Numbered from the stretch's first letter, positions 29,800 to 40,106 are shown. The stretch: DNA of 64,000 nucleotides from Nitrospirota bacterium (GCA_963845245.1 CAWJRJ010000018.1:1-64000); one strand, 5' to 3'. Numbers and translations: made by a program. Notes: generated by a model not told the origin, from the letters alone.

Positions 29800-31281
29800 C
29801 TAAAACCATATCTGCAGGTGCGTCGTGAAAACCTGATGTCCCTTGAAGCCGTTGTCGTTCTGCTGAAGGGTGAATTTTCTGAGCGCTCCGTCGGCGTGCT
29901 CCATCTCGTAGTCGAACATCAGCCGTGCGTACTTGTTCAGCCAGTAGTTGACGCCCACCGTCGTCTTGGCGCGCGCATTGTCCGGGGTGGCTGTATCCTC
30001 GTCGAACTGCTCATAACGCACGAGCGGTTCAAAATCGTTCACGTACTTCATCATGCCGGTCAGGCCGTTGACCCTATATGCGCCCGTAACATACCAGCCT
30101 TGCGAGTGGACGAACCTCGGGGACTTCATGTCGATTGCGGTCGTGAGGCTGGACAGGGGGTCTATGCCTTGGGTGAAATACCTCCTCTGCCAGAGGTACT
30201 CGCCCCTTATGAAGAGACCCTTGGCGAACCTGGCCGGCTGGAAGTCAAGCTCCGCGCCCCAGCGGTCGTAGTCCGGGTTTAGCTCACTTGCAGTCTTGGT
30301 CTTGTCGAAGTGAGACTTGCCCAGGTACCAGGACCCACCCACGCTCAGGCCGTCCACAAGCGGGTTGACCCAGCCGCGGACCATCACGTCCTTCGCGTCG
30401 TTGTTATCGGCGAAGGACGTGCTCTCAAGGCCGTTTACAAGCGCGGCAGTCAACCCGCCGCCCAATGGGAGGCCCGCCACCTTCGTGGAATACTTGCTGG
30501 CGAGCATAAGGCCGTTAGAGCGCGCGGTCGGTATCTGGACGAACGTCGATGCTATAGCGTAGTTTATCGTCGGCACCTCGAACGGCGCGCGCCAGACCTC
30601 GTCGCCGTATGGGGTGAGGAAACGGCCCAGCGTTACGCGGGTATACGGGATATAGTCGGCCCATACATACGCGTCCCGGAGGATGTTGCCGCTTGTCGGG
30701 GCGGCGTCCACTGCTATCCTGAAGCCAAGCTTCTCCCCAACCGTGCCGTTAAAATAAAGTCTCGCATACCTTACATGAAAGTTGTTGCCGGCAGTCGGCG
30801 CCAGCGCGTTCGCCACACCGGGATAATATGTGGATGAGCCGGAGGAGTCGGTAAGCCAGCCGAGCTCCGTCCAGGTCCCGATCTTCAGTTTGACTGTGTC
30901 GCCGCCAAGCTTGGCGAAACCGTCCTCAACTGCGCTAAACGCCTTGTCGAGCGGCCTGTCCGCCGGGGCGGCAGATGCCGGGGACGCCTGCGGGGTTACC
31001 GCAACCACCGGGGACTTTGCCTGCTCGGCCAGCTTGCTGTATGTGGCATCGTCGAGGATGCCTTTGTTGTGGAGAACATCCACCAGCTTTGAATCGAGGG
31101 CCTGTTCGCCGCCCGTTGCCTGGACGTCCTTAAGGTCGTTGTACGTGATGTCGTCTATGACGCCCTTGCCGTGTAGCGCCTCGACCAGCGCCCCGGATAC
31201 CGACTGGCCGGCCGCCATGGCCGGGACGGACCAGCAGGCCAGTACCAGAAAAAAAGTGCATATTACTCTGATAAAACGCAT
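29800..31281 (-). CDS. OprO/OprP-family anion-selective porin, paralog 1
   Basis: Signal peptide MRFIRVICTFFLVLACWSVPAMAAG, a tandem N-terminal LHxKG(I/V)(I/L)DDxTY motif, a beta-barrel with a terminal aromatic (…HLQIWF), and similarity to the ORF at 53392-54936. Confidence 0.7.
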   Translation of the reverse strand: MRFIRVICTFFLVLACWSVPAMAAGQSVSGALVEALHGKGVIDDITYNDLKDVQATGGEQALDSKLVDVLHNKGILDDATYSKLAEQAKSPVVAVTPQASPASAAPADRPLDKAFSAVEDGFAKLGGDTVKLKIGTWTELGWLTDSSGSSTYYPGVANALAPTAGNNFHVRYARLYFNGTVGEKLGFRIAVDAAPTSGNILRDAYVWADYIPYTRVTLGRFLTPYGDEVWRAPFEVPTINYAIASTFVQIPTARSNGLMLASKYSTKVAGLPLGGGLTAALVNGLESTSFADNNDAKDVMVRGWVNPLVDGLSVGGSWYLGKSHFDKTKTASELNPDYDRWGAELDFQPARFAKGLFIRGEYLWQRRYFTQGIDPLSSLTTAIDMKSPRFVHSQGWYVTGAYRVNGLTGMMKYVNDFEPLVRYEQFDEDTATPDNARAKTTVGVNYWLNKYARLMFDYEMEHADGALRKFTLQQNDNGFKGHQVFTTHLQIWF

Positions 31282-31327
31282 TAGTTCTCTCCTTAAGCAT
31301 CCCGCGATGATTGACGCCACTTTGTTT

Positions 31328-31909
31328 CTAAATCCATGGCCTGCCCACCGGCAGCCTGATCCCCGATTCTGCATATACTGCTGCAGCCATGAGGTACCAC
31401 GCCAGCAGGGCGCATACGATGAGGTCCCATGCCGCGATAGTCCCGGCGACCTGGTTGCCGGCCAGTTCCTTGAGGTCAAGGCCGATAAAGCCGAGCAGCA
31501 GCGTAAGGAAAAGAAGGGCCAGTGCGCTGTGGTGCTTCATCGAGGCTATGAACAGGATAAACGTGAAAAAAGTCCACATGAGAAGGAAGATGCCGAGGCC
31601 GGCAGCGTCGAACTGAAGGACGGGGAAGGCTTTCGCCACTTCTGTATTCGTGCCGAATATCAGATAAAAACACAGTGCAATCCAGAAGGCCCCGTACCCA
31701 GTAAAGGCGCAGAAGCCGAAGTTGTTGCCCGTTTTAAACTCAAGCAGCCCTGCGACTATCTGGGCGCCGCCCCCGAACAGAAGGCCAATCCAGATAACCG
31801 GGCCGAGGCCGACCAGCCCAAGGTTGTGGAACTGCAATATCAGCGTTGTCATCCCGAACCCGCCGAGGCCAACAACCGCCGGGTTACCAAGTTTTAATTC
31901 CTGAGCCAT
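31328..31909 (-). CDS. satP: GPR1/FUN34/YaaH-family acetate/succinate channel (SatP-like)
   Basis: The NPAVVGLGGFGMTT signature and 6 TM helices. Confidence 0.8.
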   Translation of the reverse strand: MAQELKLGNPAVVGLGGFGMTTLILQFHNLGLVGLGPVIWIGLLFGGGAQIVAGLLEFKTGNNFGFCAFTGYGAFWIALCFYLIFGTNTEVAKAFPVLQFDAAGLGIFLLMWTFFTFILFIASMKHHSALALLFLTLLLGFIGLDLKELAGNQVAGTIAAWDLIVCALLAWYLMAAAVYAESGIRLPVGRPWI

Positions 31910-32034
31910 TTATACCTCCCGTACAATCAGATCTGTCGATTTGATGCCCAATACCTCGGGCGTTTTTTTTGAACGCCAAAAATGTAGCCAAAAGAACTTT
32001 TACGTCACCTCCTTCCGGATATATGACTATATTT

Positions 32035-32051
32035 AGCAACAAAGATGCCAG
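32035..32051 (-). promoter_or_regulatory. Sigma54 (-24/-12) promoter upstream of satP-porin-acs
   Basis: The minus strand reads TGGCATctttgTTGCT, about 125 nt upstream of the satP start. Confidence 0.55.
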
Positions 32052-32160
32052 AATATATAACGACGTTTGAGAATTATGTATCTAGTTGATAATAAAGGCG
32101 TAAATTGGGAGGTTTCGCCGTCTGGCGCGTACGGACGAGGCTTTCGGGTTCGGCGAGAGA

Positions 32161-32275
32161 TGTTACTTTAAGTAATGCAGAAATAATCTATTGTTAAATT
32201 CCTTTAAATAACAAGCGAATGCATATGTTACTTATGGTAACGCAGTGGGGTCGGAATAAGTTACTTTTTGTTACA
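32161..32275 (-). promoter_or_regulatory. Cluster of TGTTAC/GTAACA inverted and direct repeats (candidate enhancer sites for the adjacent sigma54 activator)
   Basis: TGTTACtttaaGTAAT (32161), TTGTTA-N12-TAACAA (32191-32214), TGTTACttatgGTAAC (32226-32241), GTTACtttttGTTACA (32260-32275), all between the activator gene and the sigma54 promoter. Confidence 0.4.
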
Positions 32276-33632
32276 AATGGTCGCTTCTTGGTATGCTCCA
32301 GCGCTTGCGTTTCTCCCAGAGGGATTTGCGGGTTATCCCCAGCATGTCCGCAATCTTCTGCTCGGTCATATTCTGCTGGTATTTCAGTATTATTGCTTTC
32401 GTGTACTCCTCTATTGAAAGGGCATCCAAATCAATAGCGGAACTGGTTGTGGCCAGCGGGCTGTTTCTGAGCTTGTCGGGCAGGTGTTCGGGCGTGATCG
32501 AGTTGATGTCGGTGATGAGGACGGCCCTCTCGATTATATTCTTCAGTTCGCGCACGTTTCCCGGCCATGAATATTCCATGAATATCGAGATTACCTCGTC
32601 CGATATGTCCTTTACCGGTTTCCCGAGTTCGGCCGCGTATTTGTCGAGGAAGTGTCGGGCAAGCAGCGGCACGTCTTCCTGCCTCTCCCTGAGCGGGGTC
32701 AGAGCAAGGTTGATCGTGTTTATGCGGTAGTAGAGGTCTTCCCTGAACGAGCCGTCCTTGGTGGCCTTCTGGAGGTCCTTGTTTGTCGCCGTTATGAACC
32801 GCAGGTTTACTTTCAGGCTCTGGTTCCCGCCGACCTGCCTTATCTCCTGGTCCTCTATCACCCGAAGCAGTTTTGACTGGAGCCCCGTGCTCATCTCGCC
32901 GATCTCGTCGAGAAATACGGTGCCGCTGTTCGCTTCTTCAAACAGCCCCTTCTTTGCGGCGACCGCGCCGGTGAAAGCACCCTTTGCATGTCCGAAAAGC
33001 TCTGACTCAAGCAGGTTTTCCGGTATCGCCGAGCAGTTTATGGGCACGAACGGCTTGTCCTTGCGCATGCTGCTGTAGTGTATGGCGCGCGCGATAAGCT
33101 CCTTGCCCGTCCCAGTCTCGCCCACAATCAGGACGTTGCTCTTCGCGTCGGCAATCTTTGTGACCTCGTCCAGTACCTTCCTTATCTTCGGGCAGACGCC
33201 TATTATATGGCTGAAGTCGTACTCCTTCTCTATCTGTTTCCGAAGGATAAGGTTTTCCGTCTGGAGCGAGCGCTGTTTGAGGGCGCTTCGTACCAGCAGT
33301 TTCACCTCTTCATGGATTATGGGCTTCATTATATAGTCGTATGCTCCGGCGCGCAGAGCCTCGACTGCCGTCTCGAGCGAGGCGAATGCGGTCATCAGCA
33401 CGATAAGCTGGTCGGGTTGTCTCTCCCGCACCTTACGGAGCACCTCTATCCCGTCTATCCCGGGCAGGAAGATGTCGCTGATTATCAGGTCGTAGATGGC
33501 CGACCCGGTCAGTTCCAGGGCATCCTCCCCGGTGCCAGTGGTTGTCACGTCGTAACCTTCACGCGTCAGGAGCCGCCCGAGCGACTCGCGGAGCGTCTCC
33601 TCATCGTCTATTATCAGTATCCTCTCAGACAT
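32271..33632 (-). CDS. Sigma54-dependent response regulator (NtrC/CbrB-like)
   Basis: REC (ILIIDDEETLRESL...DLIISDIFLPGIDG), AAA+ ([42 protein letters not shown]), and a C-terminal HTH. Confidence 0.85.
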   Translation of the reverse strand: MSERILIIDDEETLRESLGRLLTREGYDVTTTGTGEDALELTGSAIYDLIISDIFLPGIDGIEVLRKVRERQPDQLIVLMTAFASLETAVEALRAGAYDYIMKPIIHEEVKLLVRSALKQRSLQTENLILRKQIEKEYDFSHIIGVCPKIRKVLDEVTKIADAKSNVLIVGETGTGKELIARAIHYSSMRKDKPFVPINCSAIPENLLESELFGHAKGAFTGAVAAKKGLFEEANSGTVFLDEIGEMSTGLQSKLLRVIEDQEIRQVGGNQSLKVNLRFITATNKDLQKATKDGSFREDLYYRINTINLALTPLRERQEDVPLLARHFLDKYAAELGKPVKDISDEVISIFMEYSWPGNVRELKNIIERAVLITDINSITPEHLPDKLRNSPLATTSSAIDLDALSIEEYTKAIILKYQQNMTEQKIADMLGITRKSLWEKRKRWSIPRSDHL

Positions 33633-36564
33633 CTTTCGCCCCCATCGGCAGACTTATTATGAATGTGGTGCCCTTGCCCTTTTCGCTGTCCACCAGTATC
33701 TTCCCTCCGTGTTCTTTTATTATCCCGTAGCAGATGCTCATCCCAAGACCAGTACCCTTGCCGGGTGACTTGGTCGTGAAGAACGGGTCGAAAACCTTCT
33801 CCGCCGTGTCCTTGTCCATGCCAAGGCCGGTGTCCTTGAATATGATGTCGACATTGTCCTTTGACTGTTTCACCTTTATGGCAAGCCTACCGCCCTCCGG
33901 CATGGCGTCCAGCGCATTCAGCAGCAGGTTCAAGAATACCTGCTGTATCTGGTCTGGGTTTATATTAACGTCCGGGACGGTCTCGATGTCCTGGGTTATC
34001 TCGATCTTCTTGAACTTTTTGTCGTAGCGGGTGAGGTTGAGGGTGCTGTCAAGAACGTCTATTATGTTTGTGCTTACCTTCTCCGGTGTGTAAAGCCTTG
34101 CAAAATCGCCCAGGCTTCGCACTATCCTGACTATCCTCCCGATGTGGTGGTTTATTATATCGAGGGCTTCTTTATGGAACTCCGGGGAGCTTACCTCCTG
34201 TATCTCCTGCACGAGCGAGGATATGGAGGCCAGCGGGTTCCCGATCTCGTGGGATATGCCTGCGGTCAGTTTGCCGATGCTCGCGTATTTCGACGCCTGA
34301 AGGAGTTCTTCCTCCCTCCTCTTGGTCTCGGTGATGTCGTCTATCATCAAGACGAAGCCGCCCTGCGGGTCCTTGAACTGGCTTACGGACACCTTAAGCA
34401 GCGCGGGCGACAGCGATTTCCGGTCGCAGGTGTACTCCCCGCCGGCGATGCCGCCGGAGAAGATGTCCGGCTTTATGCAGTTGAGGAGTTCCTCAATTGG
34501 CCTGCTATGGGCATTGTCTCTTTTGATGTTTGATATAGACTCCATCGCTTTATTCCAGTAAGTGACCCTGTGCTCACGGTCGAGTGTTGCAATGCCCTGA
34601 GGCACGCTCTCGATGATGTTCTGGCTGAACTCCTTCAGGAACGAAAGCTCGACATTTGCCTCCTCAAGCTTCTCCCTCGAAAGCCTGAGCCGGTCGGTTA
34701 TCTGCCTTATCGAGGACGAAAGCTCGTCTGTAAGCACCAGCCTTTTCCTGAGGATCAGGGTGGAGATGGCCGAGCCGAGCGCGCCTGAGAGTATCTTTTC
34801 GGCCTCGTCCCGAAGCTCGACAAGCTGTTCAGGTTTTATCTCCGCCGCGTTTATCTTCCGGCGTTCCATGAACTGCGCTATAGCGGCCCTGGCCTCGTCC
34901 ATCCCTATATAACTTCCCAACAGCCGTTCTACTTCCTCCACACTGTGCAACCCCGGGAAGGATGCGCCGCCGACAGGGTCGTACGACTCCACGAACACGA
35001 AGGCCTGCCTCTCCTCCTCGGCAGACTGTTTAGTGAATATGGAAACGCTTAAATAGAGGCCGAGGTTTATAAGCAGGCTCCAGAACAGCGAGTGGGTCCA
35101 TTTGTCCAGGCCGCCTACACCGAAGAGCGCGTTCGGGTTAAGGGCGGATGAGCTGAAAAGCTGTTGCAGGTACGCGTTCGATATGACGCCCGCCTTCACC
35201 AGCGCAGGTATGAAGAGCGTATACAGCCACACGATAAAGCCCGCGACCAGGCCGGCCATCGCGCCCCTTCTGTTCCCGCCCTTCCAGTAAAGCCCGATGA
35301 GAAGCGACGGCGCAAAGAGCGTCACCGCCTCGAACGACTTCAGCCCCATGTCAACAAGGGAATAGAACTCGCCGACCGAGACCGCGAAGAAATAGCCCAG
35401 GAACACGCAGAACAGTATGACGAGCCTTTTCACATTCAAGACCAGCGCGGGAAAACCCTTGGTCTTGTTGAAGCGGATAAGCACCGGCATGACAAGGCTG
35501 TTCATCACCATCGTGGAAAGCGCGAGCGACTCCACGATTATCATCCCGGTCGCGGCCGAGAAGCCGCCGAGGAATACGAGCAGTGCAAGTGCTGGTTTGC
35601 TCTGTCCCAGCGGGATGGTAAGGAGGAAGCTGTCCGCCTGCGACACCTGTCCGCCCAGCAGCAGCCCGCCGAAGGCGACCGGCAGCACGAATATATTTAT
35701 CAGGAGCATATAGAGCGGGAAGAGCCACATCGCCTTCAGGATGTGCTTAGGGTCGGAGTTCTCCACGACGGCCATGTGGAACTGCCTCGGCAGGAACATT
35801 ATGGCCATCATCGAAAGGAACGTCAGCGAGCCCCACTCGAAATACGAGGTTGGGCTCTCGGTGCCCAAGCTGAAAAGCCTGCCCGAGCCGGTCTCGGCCA
35901 CCCTCTGAAATATGTCGCCGAAGCCGTTGAATATTCCGTATGTAACGAATGCCCCGGCAATCAGGAACGCGAACAGCTTCAGTATGGACTCGAACGCTAT
36001 CGCGAACACCAAGCCCTCGTGCCGCTCCGAGGAGTCCAGCTTCCTCGCTCCGAAAATGATCGCAAATATCCCAAGGAACAGGGCGATGAACCAGCCAGCC
36101 GCCAGGCTTCCCTCCGTATGGCCGGTCATTATTTCGTACGTGGATATTATGGATTTTATCTGGAGGCCGAGGTACGGCGTTATGCCTACGAGCGCCACGA
36201 CCGCTACCAATGCGGAGAGCGAGAGTGACCGGCCATAGCGCGCGCCGATGAAGTCGGCGATGTTCGTTATCCTGTTCTCCTTCGCCACCACAACCATCTT
36301 GCGCAGGATAATCCACCACAGACAGGCCATCAGCGTCGGGCCCAGGTATGTCGTCAGGAAAGAAAGCCCGGATGTGGCGGCCTTGCCGATGCTGCCGTAG
36401 AACGTCCATGAGGTGCAGTATACCGCGAGCGATAGCGAATATATGTAGGGGTTTGAGACAATGCTCCTGCCCGCCTTCTCACGCGCCTCGGCGTAGTATG
36501 CCAGCGCGAACAGCAGGAACAGGTATGCGAGGACGATAATAAATAGTGTGCCGGGGTTGAACAC
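33625..36564 (-). CDS. Sensor histidine kinase with an N-terminal sodium:solute-symporter (SSS) domain (CbrA/CrbS-like)
   Basis: About 13 TM helices (SSS family), coiled coil, PAS, HisKA ([14 protein letters not shown]), HATPase (DTGLGMD...[18 protein letters not shown]). Confidence 0.85.
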   Translation of the reverse strand: MFNPGTLFIIVLAYLFLLFALAYYAEAREKAGRSIVSNPYIYSLSLAVYCTSWTFYGSIGKAATSGLSFLTTYLGPTLMACLWWIILRKMVVVAKENRITNIADFIGARYGRSLSLSALVAVVALVGITPYLGLQIKSIISTYEIMTGHTEGSLAAGWFIALFLGIFAIIFGARKLDSSERHEGLVFAIAFESILKLFAFLIAGAFVTYGIFNGFGDIFQRVAETGSGRLFSLGTESPTSYFEWGSLTFLSMMAIMFLPRQFHMAVVENSDPKHILKAMWLFPLYMLLINIFVLPVAFGGLLLGGQVSQADSFLLTIPLGQSKPALALLVFLGGFSAATGMIIVESLALSTMVMNSLVMPVLIRFNKTKGFPALVLNVKRLVILFCVFLGYFFAVSVGEFYSLVDMGLKSFEAVTLFAPSLLIGLYWKGGNRRGAMAGLVAGFIVWLYTLFIPALVKAGVISNAYLQQLFSSSALNPNALFGVGGLDKWTHSLFWSLLINLGLYLSVSIFTKQSAEEERQAFVFVESYDPVGGASFPGLHSVEEVERLLGSYIGMDEARAAIAQFMERRKINAAEIKPEQLVELRDEAEKILSGALGSAISTLILRKRLVLTDELSSSIRQITDRLRLSREKLEEANVELSFLKEFSQNIIESVPQGIATLDREHRVTYWNKAMESISNIKRDNAHSRPIEELLNCIKPDIFSGGIAGGEYTCDRKSLSPALLKVSVSQFKDPQGGFVLMIDDITETKRREEELLQASKYASIGKLTAGISHEIGNPLASISSLVQEIQEVSSPEFHKEALDIINHHIGRIVRIVRSLGDFARLYTPEKVSTNIIDVLDSTLNLTRYDKKFKKIEITQDIETVPDVNINPDQIQQVFLNLLLNALDAMPEGGRLAIKVKQSKDNVDIIFKDTGLGMDKDTAEKVFDPFFTTKSPGKGTGLGMSICYGIIKEHGGKILVDSEKGKGTTFIISLPMGAKDV

Positions 36565-36744
36565 CTATCCGCCGTCCTCCTCTTTTGATGCCCTGCGGAT
36601 GAAGAGGTAGATGAGCGCGATGAGGAGCAGCCAGGTGGTGTAGAGGTATGCGGGCAGGTGCGAGCCGAAGATGGCCAGGAGTGGCCAGTTCAACGCCAAA
36701 GTACCTATAAAGAAAAGAAAAACCCAGACTTCCTTCGTCTTCAT
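36565..36744 (-). CDS. Small 2-TM membrane peptide translationally coupled to the SSS-kinase (cbrX-like)
   Basis: 59 aa (MKTKEVWVFLFFIGTLALNWPLLAIFGSHLPAYLYTTWLLLIALIYLFIRR...). Its stop abuts the kinase start codon. Confidence 0.4.
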   Translation of the reverse strand: MKTKEVWVFLFFIGTLALNWPLLAIFGSHLPAYLYTTWLLLIALIYLFIRRASKEEDGG

Positions 36745-36794
36745 GTTACCTAATGTAACATTACTAAAAACCTTTGTCAACGGGGAACACGAGC

Positions 36795-37142
36795 CTATGC
36801 CCCGGCCACCCCGCCCCGGAACATGAAATACGCCGCACCTGCCAGACATATCCCAGCCCAGAGGTAATCGAGCCTCAGGGGCTGCTTCATATATAGGTAC
36901 GCGAACCCCGCGAACACCGTCATCGTGATAATCTCCTGAATCACCTTCAACTGCCCCAGGTCGTAATATTTGTATCCAATCCGGTTCGCCGGGACCTGTA
37001 GTGTATACTCAAAGAAGGCGATTCCCCAGCTAACGAGTATCACGAGGATGAGCGGCTTGGTGCTCATCGTCTTTAAATGCCCGTACCAGGCGAAGGTCAT
37101 GAACATGTTGGAAAAGGTTAGAAGGACGATGGTCTTTAACAT
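36795..37142 (-). CDS. Small DMT-superfamily-like 4-TM membrane protein
   Basis: MLKTIVLLTFSNMFMTFAWYGHLK...; hydrophobic; DUF486/EamA-like pattern. Confidence 0.45.
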   Translation of the reverse strand: MLKTIVLLTFSNMFMTFAWYGHLKTMSTKPLILVILVSWGIAFFEYTLQVPANRIGYKYYDLGQLKVIQEIITMTVFAGFAYLYMKQPLRLDYLWAGICLAGAAYFMFRGGVAGA

Positions 37143-37290
37143 GGCTTCCTCAAAAAACTGGTTAATAACATGACGCAATAGGTTATTTTACGCCAAAACC
37201 AGACTAACTGCAAGATATTGCTGACAAAAACATGACACGAAAATGTCGCTTGACATCGAAAAAAAATAGGCATATCTTTATCCCGATTTC

Positions 37291-37467
37291 TGATTGCAGC
37301 CGAGATCCAGTTAACAATGGATGCGGGGGACCCAGATTCCGGGGCGGATTCCTTCTTTTTGAGGATAAGGCACTCCCAAGCCTGAGCCCGACAGCTAACC
37401 TCGTAGGCGTTTGGTGAGCAATGAGCAGTGCGTGAGCCGCTGGTCTTGCCAGTGGTTTTCTTTTTTT
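37291..37467 (+). ncRNA. c-di-AMP (ydaO-type) riboswitch candidate with a terminator expression platform
   Basis: Contains GCGGGGGACCCA, GGGGCGGAUUCC, and GAGCCCGACAGCUAACCUCGUAGGCGUUUGGUGAGC, which resemble the conserved blocks of the ydaO motif. It is followed by the hairpin CCGCTGGtcttgCCAGTGG plus TTTTCTTTTTTT. It is preceded by TTGACA at 37249 and lies about 50 nt upstream of a KimA-like transporter gene. Confidence 0.6.
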
Positions 37468-37514
37468 AAAAAGGGTCTATTGGGTAAGGCCTTCATGAGG
37501 GGGAATTGGTTTAA

Positions 37515-39515
37515 ATGAATGCGCCATCCAATGAACGAAAGACACTTAAAAAGAGGCTTAAAAACCTTGTTATAGGCGGCGGGCGCGACATATTCGACCC
37601 GCAAGTGTTCCACAACATCTCGCTGATAGCCTTCTTTGCCTGGGTAGGTCTTGGCGCCGACGGGCTGTCGTCGTCTTGCTACGGTCCGGAGGAGGCCTTC
37701 CTCGCGCTTCAGGGCCACACGCACCTGGCTGTTTTCATAGCCCTGGCCTCGGGCATCACCGTCTTCGTCATAAGCACCAGCTACTCGCAGATAATCGAGC
37801 TTTTCCCCACCGGCGGCGGCGGATACCTTGTGGCAAGCAAGCTCCTCTCGCCCACCGCTGGCATGGTCTCCGGCTGCGCGCTGCTCATAGACTACGTCCT
37901 CACGATCACGATATCCGTCGCATCTGCTGCGGACGCCATCTTCAGCTTCCTGCCGCCGCACTGGCTTGCTTACAAGCTCGGGTTTGCGGTGATTGCGGTA
38001 CTTGTGCTTACCGTTATGAACCTGCGGGGCGTGAAAGAGTCCGTGCTGCCGCTTGTGCCAATATTCCTCACCTTCATCGCCACGCACGCATTCTTCATCA
38101 TCTATGCGCTTGTGTCGCATGCCGGAAACTTCCCGGAGCTCATCCATTCCACCGGGACCGAGATACAGCGCACGCACACGGAACTCGGGTTTTTCGGGAT
38201 GTTCTTCCTTATAATGCGCGCGTACAGCCTGGGCGCCGGTACCTATACCGGCATCGAGGCGGTCAGCAACGGGCTGCCCATACTTCGTGAGCCGAGGGTA
38301 AAGACCGGCAAAAAGACTATGCATTACATGGCCTTCTCATTGGCCTTCACCGTCATGGGCCTTATGTTCGCCTACCTGCTCTACGGCGTCTCGCACGTGC
38401 CGGGCAAGACCCTCAACGCGGTCCTCTTTGAGAACATAACCAAAGGCTGGGGAGGTTCCGCCTACATTTTAGTGCTGGTCACGCTGATCTCAGAAGGAGT
38501 GCTGCTCCTGGTCGCGGCCCAGGCAGGCTTTTTGGACGGGCCAAGGGTGCTCTCGAACATGGCGCTAGACCGCTGGTTCCCCACGAAGTTCGCGTCATTC
38601 TCGGACCGCCTCGTCACGCAGAAAGGCATACTGATAATGGGTGGCGCCGGGTTGGTAATGATGGTGCTCTCGAAAGGCTCAGTCGGCTTGCTCGTCGTCC
38701 TGTATTCCATCAACGTCTTCATCACATTCTCGATGTCGCAGCTCGGCATGGTGCGCCACTGGTGGCAGGAGCGGGGCAAGGCGGACCACTGGAAGAAGAA
38801 GCTCTTCATCAATGGGCTTGGTCTTTCCATGACCACTTTCATACTCATCTCGGTCGTCATATTGAAGTTCGGGGAGGGCGGATGGATAACGCTTGTAATA
38901 ACCGGCGCTCTCATCGGGCTTTCGCTCCTGATCAAGAGGCACTACCTGAACACCCAGAAGATGCTGGGCAGGCTTGACACCCTTGTCGAGGCGGCAGGGT
39001 ATGACCTCCACACCAAAACAGAACTTGAGGGCGAAGGGTACAAGGTTCAGTACGACCCGAAGTCCAAGACGGCAGTCCTGCTGGTAAACGGATACAACGG
39101 GCTGGGGCTGCATACCCTCCTGAACGTCATACGGCTTTTCGGGGGGATGTTCAGGAACTTTGTGTTCATAGAAGTGGGCATAGTGGACGCAGGCACCTTC
39201 AAGGGCGCGGAAGAGCTTGAGCACCTGAAGAAGAAGGTCAACGGAGACCTGGAGATGTACGTCAATTTCGTCAAGAGCAAGGGCTTCTATGCGGAAGGGT
39301 TTGCAATGATCGGCACGGACGTTGTCGAGGAGGTATCCAAGGTGACGCCCGAGATCATGGATAAATTCGGCAACACGGTATTCTTTGGCGGCCAGCTCGT
39401 ATTCCCGAACCCGTCGATCTTTACGGGCTTCCTGCACAACTACACCATCTTCGCCGTGCAGAGGTATTACTACAACCAGGGCATACCCATAATGATGATG
39501 CCGATACGGGTCTGA
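37515..39515 (+). CDS. APC-superfamily transporter with a C-terminal cytoplasmic domain of about 220 aa (KimA-like K+ importer candidate)
   Basis: 12 TM helices of the APC fold (GGGYLVASKLL, LLIDYVLTITISVA) plus a soluble C-terminal domain; context of a c-di-AMP riboswitch. Confidence 0.65.
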   Translation: MNAPSNERKTLKKRLKNLVIGGGRDIFDPQVFHNISLIAFFAWVGLGADGLSSSCYGPEEAFLALQGHTHLAVFIALASGITVFVISTSYSQIIELFPTGGGGYLVASKLLSPTAGMVSGCALLIDYVLTITISVASAADAIFSFLPPHWLAYKLGFAVIAVLVLTVMNLRGVKESVLPLVPIFLTFIATHAFFIIYALVSHAGNFPELIHSTGTEIQRTHTELGFFGMFFLIMRAYSLGAGTYTGIEAVSNGLPILREPRVKTGKKTMHYMAFSLAFTVMGLMFAYLLYGVSHVPGKTLNAVLFENITKGWGGSAYILVLVTLISEGVLLLVAAQAGFLDGPRVLSNMALDRWFPTKFASFSDRLVTQKGILIMGGAGLVMMVLSKGSVGLLVVLYSINVFITFSMSQLGMVRHWWQERGKADHWKKKLFINGLGLSMTTFILISVVILKFGEGGWITLVITGALIGLSLLIKRHYLNTQKMLGRLDTLVEAAGYDLHTKTELEGEGYKVQYDPKSKTAVLLVNGYNGLGLHTLLNVIRLFGGMFRNFVFIEVGIVDAGTFKGAEELEHLKKKVNGDLEMYVNFVKSKGFYAEGFAMIGTDVVEEVSKVTPEIMDKFGNTVFFGGQLVFPNPSIFTGFLHNYTIFAVQRYYYNQGIPIMMMPIRV

Positions 39516-39554
39516 TAGCCCTGGCCTTTTCTGGTATAATTCAGTGAAGGAGGC

Positions 39555-40007
39555 TTGAACATGTGGCAATGCAGCCGGTACCTCGTAGCGTTACTTTTTA
39601 TCTGCATCCTGCTTTTAGCGCCCGCATCCACGCGTGCAGCCCAGGAAAAAGAGATATGTGTGGCTCAGGGCGAAGTCACGGTCCTGGTGTCGCTTGAACT
39701 GCCGGAAGGCTACGCCATAAGTGATGATGCCCCGTCGAGCGTCAAAACCACGTCTTCAAGCGTCAAGGCCATAAGCTTTGACGGCAAGCCGTCAACAACC
39801 GTAACAAACCCATCCTTCCCCCTGAAACTAAAGGCCAGGGCAAACGGAGGCAAAGCCGACCTGACGCTTGAGTTTAACGTATACTACTGCGGCCACAAGG
39901 ACACCTCTGTGTGCAAGGCCTACCGGAATAAAGTCACGGTCCCGATATCGGTTGCCAAAGGTTCAGGCACCAAAAGCATAAAAATCCACCAGAAAGTCGC
40001 CCTCTAA
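39555..40007 (+). CDS. Secreted hypothetical protein
   Basis: Signal peptide (LVALLFICILLLAPASTRAAQ), SD GAAGGAGG, Ser/Thr-rich. Confidence 0.5.
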   Translation: MNMWQCSRYLVALLFICILLLAPASTRAAQEKEICVAQGEVTVLVSLELPEGYAISDDAPSSVKTTSSSVKAISFDGKPSTTVTNPSFPLKLKARANGGKADLTLEFNVYYCGHKDTSVCKAYRNKVTVPISVAKGSGTKSIKIHQKVAL

Positions 40008-40106
40008 AAACCTGTACCCCGAGTGTCCTGCATCCCTTTGTTAGGGTTGGACATTGATGTTGATTTGTGGTATAAACAAAAAAGGTTTTTTTAGGGGTGC
40101 GTCTTG

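Noticed and set aside
31910-32030. Hairpin GGCGTTTTTTTGAACGCC upstream of satP as a sigma54 site or terminator.
   Set aside because: It fits neither the -24/-12 spacing nor a strong terminator. The TGGCAT-N5-TTGCT motif about 100 nt further upstream is the better promoter candidate.
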